Below are positions 56,663 through 64,000 of a stretch of 64,000 nucleotides of DNA, piece after piece. Position 1 is the stretch's first letter, and each line of letters begins with the position of its first letter. Made by a program: the position numbers and the translations under genes. This stretch comes from Babesia bigemina (taxonomy: Eukaryota): NCBI RefSeq assembly GCF_000981445.1, contig NC_027218.1:1426001-1490000 (forward strand), written 5' to 3'. The notes beneath the pieces were generated by a model. The model saw only the letters and a list, made by a program, of their open reading frames with translations, did no database searches and was not told the origin of the DNA.

Positions 56663-57306
56663 CGTAGGCACACATCTGGTGTTAACTGGGCCGCGGCGAT
56701 GGCCAAGTCACGCCGTGACACTTCACATGTTATGGAAGTGCGAGTGACCGGCGTAACGCCCGCGCCCATGGTGTAGTCGAGCGCGCTCGGACGGCAGCAC
56801 GACCTGCAGAAGGATCTGGTAATCTCCACCAGCAACCGCTAAGAACTTTACCGGTTGACTAAAATGTGTATCATACGTTGTACAGAGCTTCAGCGGTCGC
56901 TTTGAGGACGGCGTAGTCGTTAAACGTTGCCTATGTGCACATTGATGTCGTCACGGCTACACATCGCGCTGTGTAGGTGTCTTTGTGCCCGGTGATGATG
57001 CCACGTCCGATCACATGCGCAAATCATCACCCATTCGTGTGTAATTTAACAAGACAGTGCCCATATCTCGGCGCGGAACACTCAACTCGTTAAAGGAGGA
57101 AGCTCCAAGACAACGTGCAGACAGCACCCCGAGCTGGTCAGTGATACGCTGACAACGTGACCAGTCATCTCATGTACACGTAACTGAGCCATTATTTGGT
57201 GCTCTCACTTCTATTGTCCACTCAAATTTGATGCCATTCGCTACGACCCTTTACATGCTTTTTGATACAATTATGGCCGAGTTGGCACATCAACCAATTC
57301 GACCAG

Positions 57307-60300
57307 TCACTTCGTTTGTTGTTGCCTGGTCCCAACGGGGCCGCCACGCGATGGGCGGTTCCCGCCGAGGGCGGCTACGAGGGCATCGTGCAGCTCAGCG
57401 AAGGTGAGGGTGGCGTCGACTTCTACGCCGTTGAGGTTTGCGACCTGGCCCAGGATGATGAGGCGCTTGCTCGGCGTCAGGAAGTGCCGCAGCACGTCCA
57501 GGAATAGCGGCAAGGATCGTTCTGAGGGCCGGTGCGGCGACGGCCCGATGTCGAAGATCTTGTCAAACCTGAAGGTAGTGCATCCCGTAATGCACCAACG
57601 TACCACTCGGACGGGGAATCGGAACTGCCGTGCAGCGCTAACCGGCAAGTCTCGCACAGATCGGCCACTGAGGTCGATGGCGCCATGAGCAGCAACTCTT
57701 CTATGGCGCGTAGCTCGTGGCCCCTGACGCAGCGTCACTTGTTATGCAGTGCGGCGCCTACCTGTGCGGGACACTGTTCTGCTTGATCGACACGGAGGCA
57801 TTGAACTTCTCCGGTTGGCGGTCGAGGCTGTTGCCGTACATGGATAATGCGTGCGACACCACGCCGTTTGCGGCCGCCGAACGGCCGGGTAGCCTCCCAA
57901 CGACGGTGCTGTCCAGCCTCGCCACCTCGCCAGCCGCATCGCCGTCACCGTCGCCATGCGTGAACATTTGCGCAATGTACTTGTCGGACACCTGGCTCAC
58001 GTAGGCGCTGTACAGGCGCTGCGCGACGGCCATGGACTCCGCACTGCTGAGCGAAAGCAGCCTCAACGTCAGCATGTTCCGGATCACGAGCAGCAGCTTT
58101 TCGTAGAACTTCTCGCAGTCCGCGGCCATGCCACTCAGCAGCACGTCGTCGGAAACCGGCACTTCCTCCATAGCGGCCTCCAGCCGGCGACGGGTCAGCC
58201 TGTGCAAGGACTCCACTGGCCGCAGGTCGGCGTCGGGATAGACGGTGCGCATGTATTCCAGGATGTCCACACGGCTGCGCGCGATAACCATACACAGGCG
58301 CTCATATAGCGAGTTGTACAGCCCCAAGGCGTTGGCGCAGTGCGTGCGGCGCAGGTCGCAAATCTCCGCGAGCGAGAACTCCTCCAACAGCAGCGCGCCC
58401 CTGATCCCGCCCAAACTGGCCTACAACGATATATCGGGATGTACACGCGCTATCAACTCACATTCGCGTCGATGACCCGGTCTGAACTCGACAGGTACAG
58501 CAACGGGTGCAGCAGGTGGCCGCACCCTACCTGGTGGTTCGACCACGCAGACACGTACAATCCGCGCAGGCACTCGACCGACAGCGAACCGAACTCCGCC
58601 TCCAAAATGGGGATGCACTCCATGGAAAGGGCGCACCCTTCATCGTGGGAGTCGTTGCGCAGCAGGTACTCAACGAACAACCACGTCTGGTTGCAGAGGG
58701 TGAACCGCGGCAGCTTAGCGACGTTGCACAATCGCACCACCTCCCTCTGGGTTTTGATGGCCTGCACGCCGTTCCCAAGCGCATTTTGGCAGTGCCCCAG
58801 CAACGACACTACGGCCACCGGCAGCCAGGCGTACTCCTCGATGCCCGAAATGCCCAGGGTAGCGGCGCGCGCACGAGCTGCGTACGACGCGCACGGCTCG
58901 TATTCGTTTCGTATCCACGCCGCAATGCCCATGAACAAAAAGACTTGCAGCGACAGGAGACCCTGGCAGCTTTCTACGCCCGTCACCTCGTCCCGCAGCG
59001 ACTCGAAAAGATCGGTGCTCACGGCCTCGTGCGCCTTAAGGCAGTGGCACTGCAGCGCCAGCAGTTGCGCTTCCAGTCGCTTGGCACACAACGCGGGCGA
59101 GTGCTTAGCCACGTAACTTGCGCACTCCAATGCCGCATCGATGTACCGATGCCGCAGGTACTCGTATCCCATGAGGAGCAGCAGCTTCGACCTTTTGAGG
59201 GGGTCCACTTGTAAGAGGCTCTGCGTCAAGCAGAACAGGTTTACTCCCGTGACGGGCTGCTGGTAGTTGACGCACGCAAGGCGTGAGCTGTAAACGCATG
59301 CCGGGTCGCACGGGTATCCCACTCCTAAGGTCCTCGCCTCGATCTGCCTGCACAGTCCGTTTTGCCACGAGCTGGTCGCGAGCACTAGATCCGCCAGCAC
59401 ACTGTCCCCGTTCTTGCCGCATAGGCTGGACGCCGCCTTCGTCAATGCCAGCTCGCGTTGCGGGTACACCACGCTGACCCTGGGGAAGAACGCGTCCAGC
59501 ACACTGTGGTACGACGCGTCCGACACGTGCATTTCTGGTACCTCGTGCGGGGCCCTGTGCTGCCCGAGAATGGGCGGCATGTCCACTGAGCGGAAGTCGG
59601 AGGCCGTTATGGGACTGCGATAACTGTGGCCCTCGCTGGGGAAGGGGAGGAGGATGCACAGGTGGTACTCGAGCGCGCTCTTCAGCAGCAAATGCGGGAT
59701 GACCCGGTACGATATCCCGTCCAACTTCACCAGGTTGAAGTGGCGGGCCACCTCAGGGATGATGCGCTGCGACCAAAATTCGGCAGATTCAGCGTACAGC
59801 CCGAAGACGTTGTTCACCAGTTTTAGCATGCGTCTGAGGGCGAATGTGAATCGTGAAACGCCAACACCTACCGCATCAGGGCGTCGCAGCCGATCATGTT
59901 GCCGCTGAAGAAGTCCTCCAACTGGGTGTTCCAGAGGTGCTTCATGGCACGCGCCACCATGTCGGCGGCCAGGAGGTTCTTCAAGCCAATGTACACAACG
60001 CGCTCGTACGCCATGCCCAAGAAGCGCATGTTGACGCCGTGCGAAGCGAACACCTGGCGCAGGTCCCAGGAGTCGAACAATCCGTTGCAGCGACCGACGG
60101 AGTCCTCTAGAACCACGACCAAGTGCTTGAACGCCTCGTAGAACAAGTCCCCCGAATGCACGTCGCTGAATACCGACGCGGATTTCAGGGTGCACTTCAG
60201 GCTGCCGTTGTAGGCGAAGCAGAACTCGGGGCGGAAACGCACGGAGTAGAGGGGATCGGGCGTCGCATTGCGTTCCAATATGGGAGGCAGCACCTCGTGG

Positions 60301-61695
60301 GCCTGCCTGATGTGCAACACGCCATCACAACGCTGCACATTGGCAACTGCGCCATCGCACAGCACGTTGTTGGCGTTGGAGCGCCATTCACCCGAGTCCG
60401 AGTCACCTTTCAGTGATGTGCCGCAAATGTCAGAGGCATCGAATGGAACTGGCCACGAACACATGTGTAAGTACGATGAAATGTTCCTGAACGACTCGAA
60501 GAGCTCGGACGAGGCAAGAATGCACGACGAAATGTCGGTAGCCAGGACCCCCGTCGGCGCCCTGCAGTCCATAAGCAGTTCAGATACCAGGTCCACCGGT
60601 GGCGAATCTTCCAGGGGCACCAGGGGCTCCGCCACAACCCTAATACCCGCGAAGTCCACAATGCACTGCACTGGAATCGCGAACGTGCCATGGGTGCCAC
60701 GGCTGTATAGAGCCTCGCACAACGCCTGCTTGCCCTTCTGGTCGTTGCAGTACAATTTCTTGGCGACAGTGTACGGAACCGCATTGTCTGCATCTACGGG
60801 GCCGACTACAACGGTGTAGACGACGCCGTCGTGCACATACTGCAGGTCTGAACCCAGATAAGGCAACTCATGCATAAACCAACGTACCACAAGCAAACTT
60901 TTTCTGGTAAAACTTGTTCACCAGAGGCAAAGTGTCCTCCGTCACTGACATGTAGCCAGGTAAATACACGCTCAAGCCGTGCTGCAAAATAGACAGCACC
61001 AATGCCGTTGCCTTGTAGCAAGCGGCGCGGCTAAACCTGCCGAGCTCACTGAACAGCGTGCGTACTGAACCCGTGTCCTTAAACCTACAGCAAAAGCTCA
61101 TGTTCCGCGTCGCTCCCGAGCAGGTTTAATGACTTGTGCGATTTACTTCTTGGCAAAGCGCTGCGATAAGCCAACTGGATACGTTCGTACCAGTTTGCAT
61201 TCAACTCAAACCCGGAATCACCGGGCGTCTTCAAGGACGGGCGTACGGGGTGGATAGGGGGAATGTCCCAGCTGTCATACGATGAATGGTATTCATTGGA
61301 TGACTCGTGGCGCCCGAACATGAAAAATTCGAGTTTGCTTTGCAAGCTGGCCCCTGTGTACATATGACCTACTGAACATGAACAAATCAACCTTCGAAGA
61401 GATCCTCCGGATACACATCTTCGTACGCATCTGAGTCCGAATTGCCTGAATGGGCGCCCAGATCCCGCAGCCAGTCCAGGCGGCGGCTTCGGCAGGACCC
61501 CGGAGTAGACACACCCTCAAAGGGGTCAGCCGGAAATAGGTTTAAACTGCCGGTCAAACCGACAAGCCCGTTTAATATTTCAATCGAAGTTTCATCCAGA
61601 GGGACCTCGCGGTGAGCTGCGGCCTGGGCGACACTGTAAGGATCGAATCCGTAGTCCTTCAACGGATCGGCGAACCGGGAGGCCGACGGATCCAT
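57307..61695 (-). CDS. CLU-domain (clustered mitochondria/TIF31-like) protein with TPR-like C-terminus, multi-exon
   Basis: YVHDGVVYTV...AKKLYCNDQKG...IPVQCIVDFAGIRVVAEPLVP (CLU domain), LRQVFASHGVNMRFLG...DMVARAMKHL (CLU central domain), helical TPR-like region. Several short GT-AG introns. Confidence 0.82.
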
Positions 61696-62035
61696 CGGTG
61701 TCCCAGCAAATGGACGTTATTACATGTTATATCGTGTATTTGCCGTATATATAGTTGTGAAAATAAAATGTGTAGGGGTCAGAGGCAAATAAGGGTACGC
61801 TGCGCGCAGGAAGATGAACGACTCCACCGCTGCCACACCAGACTACATTAGTCGAGTATTAGGTGCCAAATATTAATAAGGGATTATTGCCAAGTTATTC
61901 GTTAAGTTAATGGATAGCATAATGTACGGAATAAGCCAAAAATTCGGCTAAGAATTAAACGTAATCAAGCATAAGTGCTTCGGCATCACGGCAAAAAACT
62001 GCAATGCGCCACATGACGCAGATATCCTACATCAT

Positions 62036-63883
62036 TTAGATCTCTTCTTCCTCCTCTCCCATTTCTTCCGTTCCCTCGGGTAATTGCTCCTCCTGCGTCA
62101 AATCACGGGGTTCCTCCTCTTCAGCAAGCATTTGACCTTCCTCGTGGCCTGACGACACGCCCCTCTCGGGTTCACCTTCCAAATTGAACTCATCACCATT
62201 CTCCTGCTCTTCGTTTTCGGCATTCATGCGGGGGGAAGCGGGACGAGACGACAATTCTTCCTCGATGACATCCTCCGGACCATTTTCGGTCTCATCCGTC
62301 AGGGAATCCACTTCTTCGCGGCGTTCCTCCTCTATATCAAATTCTTCCTCGTTGCTAGACTCACGATCGGCCTCGTCAGTGGATCTGAACTCATCCTCGC
62401 TAGCCTCATTTTCCAATTCAGAACGTTCGTTGTATGTCTCCTCAGCAGTTTCCTGGAAGCTCTCGTCCTCTGGACTTAGGGATGCCGAACGCCTATTTCT
62501 TGACCTCGGCACTTCTTCGGCGCCATTTTCTAAAACATTGACGTCTGCTTCTTCTTCTTCTTCCTCCTCCTCTTCCTCTGGTTGACTTTCATTGGAGCTC
62601 TCTTCGTCTTCTTCCTCTAGCTTGTCCTCTTCGTCTTCATCTTCACCGCTCTTGCTCTTGTTGTCTTCCTCATCCGATTTCTGAGCAATATCTTCATTGC
62701 CCTCCTCGCCACGCTCTCCCTCTTCATCTCCTTTCTTAGCTTCCTCCTCGTCACTGCTTAGTGATTCCTCTTCTTTCTCATCTTCATCCTCTTTGTCTTC
62801 ATCCTCACCACCTTCGCTTTCGCTTTCATTCTCTTTGGTAACCTCTTCCTGCTGCTCTTCCGTTTCCTCTCCTTCACCAACTGGACCCTGCTCAATAGTT
62901 TCTTGTGGTTCCTGGCTTTGAGCTTCACGCCTCCTACGACTTTTAGTGGTACCAATTTCGCTTCCACCCTCAATAGGTTCCTCTTCCGACTCACTATCTG
63001 AGGACGGAGATGCCTTTTCTTGCGGAGTAATTACATTCGTCAACTCATTCTCTTTCGTCAAAACCTCTTGTGTTAATTTACCAACAGTGCGCTTTGTGCG
63101 ACGACGCAGAACCTTCTCACCTGCTTCGGCGCCGTCTACCAAGTACTGGGTGGCGGTTCCGCGGTTCAGGTAGTTGCAAAGCTCATAAGCCAATTGGTGA
63201 GTCGGTATTCCAACGGCAGCAGTGTAGCTACCGTCAATCGACTCCACCAAGGTCTCACCCAAACTCGTGTAGTTGCACGAACCAGCCACGCCCTTGTACT
63301 CCTCCGTGTCCAAGTACGCTACGATTTGCGCTTCGCTGAGAATCGCAAAGTGGACAATAGTGCGCTCGTAGAAACTGCAAACACGCTTGACACTCTTCTC
63401 CCCGTCCTTAACATAAATACTCACTCCGGTAACCATGATGGGATCATACTTCTGATAGGCAAGCAGCTGGTCGTGCGCAGCAGTCCTGTCTATTGGCTTC
63501 CCAAAAACAACATCGTTGCACCAGGCGACGGTGTCGGCACCAATAATGAACTTCACCTTACTAAAATCGAAATTGTCAGGGACGGTACCAAATGGGCTGC
63601 GCACTTCATTACGGAAAGTTCTGTCTTTTTCATGTTCAACAAAACGTTTGGCGACCATCTCGGCCTTCTTGTCGGCAGTCTTCACGGTATAATCATATGC
63701 TGTCTCACCATCTTCCAATTTCAAATTTTCCGCAAAGTTGGACCTCAACATAAGAATGTTTGTAATACCCAAATGTTGGCGCAACACGTATGCACGCAGA
63801 TCAGACTCGGAAGCCAACAGAATCCAATCATCGCCAGAGCCGCCGAAAAGCTTGGATAACGACATCAAAGTTTTGTCGGCCAT
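62036..63883 (-). CDS. Maf-family nucleotide pyrophosphatase domain fused to a Glu-rich tail, 615 aa
   Basis: ILLASESDLR, SNFAE, TADKKA, IIGADTV, FGKP, IVAYLDTEE..GVAGS, VESIDGSY..VGIP, followed by ~370 aa of E/D/S-rich sequence. Confidence 0.88.
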   Translation of the reverse strand: MADKTLMSLSKLFGGSGDDWILLASESDLRAYVLRQHLGITNILMLRSNFAENLKLEDGETAYDYTVKTADKKAEMVAKRFVEHEKDRTFRNEVRSPFGTVPDNFDFSKVKFIIGADTVAWCNDVVFGKPIDRTAAHDQLLAYQKYDPIMVTGVSIYVKDGEKSVKRVCSFYERTIVHFAILSEAQIVAYLDTEEYKGVAGSCNYTSLGETLVESIDGSYTAAVGIPTHQLAYELCNYLNRGTATQYLVDGAEAGEKVLRRRTKRTVGKLTQEVLTKENELTNVITPQEKASPSSDSESEEEPIEGGSEIGTTKSRRRREAQSQEPQETIEQGPVGEGEETEEQQEEVTKENESESEGGEDEDKEDEDEKEEESLSSDEEEAKKGDEEGERGEEGNEDIAQKSDEEDNKSKSGEDEDEEDKLEEEDEESSNESQPEEEEEEEEEEADVNVLENGAEEVPRSRNRRSASLSPEDESFQETAEETYNERSELENEASEDEFRSTDEADRESSNEEEFDIEEERREEVDSLTDETENGPEDVIEEELSSRPASPRMNAENEEQENGDEFNLEGEPERGVSSGHEEGQMLAEEEEPRDLTQEEQLPEGTEEMGEEEEEI

Positions 63884-64000
63884 TTTAAACAGCAGAAAAT
63901 ATTATAACGAATAAAACTAAACTGTATTAGAACGTAATTACCCTCGACGAAAGGAATAATTCGTGGATCAGCAGGCGTGCACATACCGTCGTAGCACCCG

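Noticed and set aside
56957..57153. Inverted repeats (GGTGATGAT/ATCATCACC; CTACACA/TGTGTAG) and C/D-like boxes upstream of the channel gene
   Set aside because: Short stems are expected by chance; the C-box would be sequestered in the stem and box spacing is atypical.
42190..61695. Apparent frameshifts or split genes in the ORF track (V-ATPase A, helicase, channel, CLU)
   Set aside because: The breaks I traced are explained by canonical GT-AG introns that restore the frame; no need to invoke pseudogenes or recoding.
62500..62860. TCT/TCC-rich tandem repeats
   Set aside because: These are Glu/Asp codons of the Maf acidic tail, not an independent repeat element.
1..64000. Prokaryotic features (CRISPR, operons, IS elements), rRNA/tRNA/snRNA genes, telomeric repeats
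   Set aside because: The sequence is eukaryotic. I saw no repeat-spacer array, transposase/RT motif, tRNA cloverleaf or U-snRNA signature by eye; a covariance-model scan would be needed to exclude small RNAs.

Overview
Eukaryotic, intron-containing DNA from a piroplasm, most likely Babesia sensu stricto. The evidence is ves1/VESA-like genes, a 6-Cys gene, and many 33-41 nt GT-AG introns. The ORF track uses GTG/TTG starts and ignores splicing, so I rebuilt gene models by hand. Housekeeping blocks contain two DEAD-box helicases, a minimal RNPS1-like RRM protein, mitoribosomal mS35, an HPR-like helical-repeat protein, BCKDH E1-alpha, syntaxin-18, a NAA50-like GNAT, a SEN1-like helicase, a GYF protein, V-ATPase A, cytochrome c-2, RPLP1, a CLU-domain protein and a Maf protein. 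Two visibly AT-richer host-interaction islands interrupt them. The first (~13.6-24.2 kb) has two short ves-like genes, a ves1 3' fragment and a 6-Cys gene. The second (~33.4-42.1 kb) has a full-length ves1-like gene, a small secreted protein with a PEXEL-like RxLxD motif, and a Cys-rich membrane microprotein. The most striking candidates are a ~1596-aa tandem two-repeat (2x6TM) polycystin/TRPP-like channel, a possible NPA-less aquaporin-fold protein, an orphan protein ending in the CaaX box CVIM, and a Maf domain fused to a ~370-aa acidic tail. All family calls come from motif recognition by eye; no database search was run. I found no rRNA, tRNA, CRISPR array or transposon.
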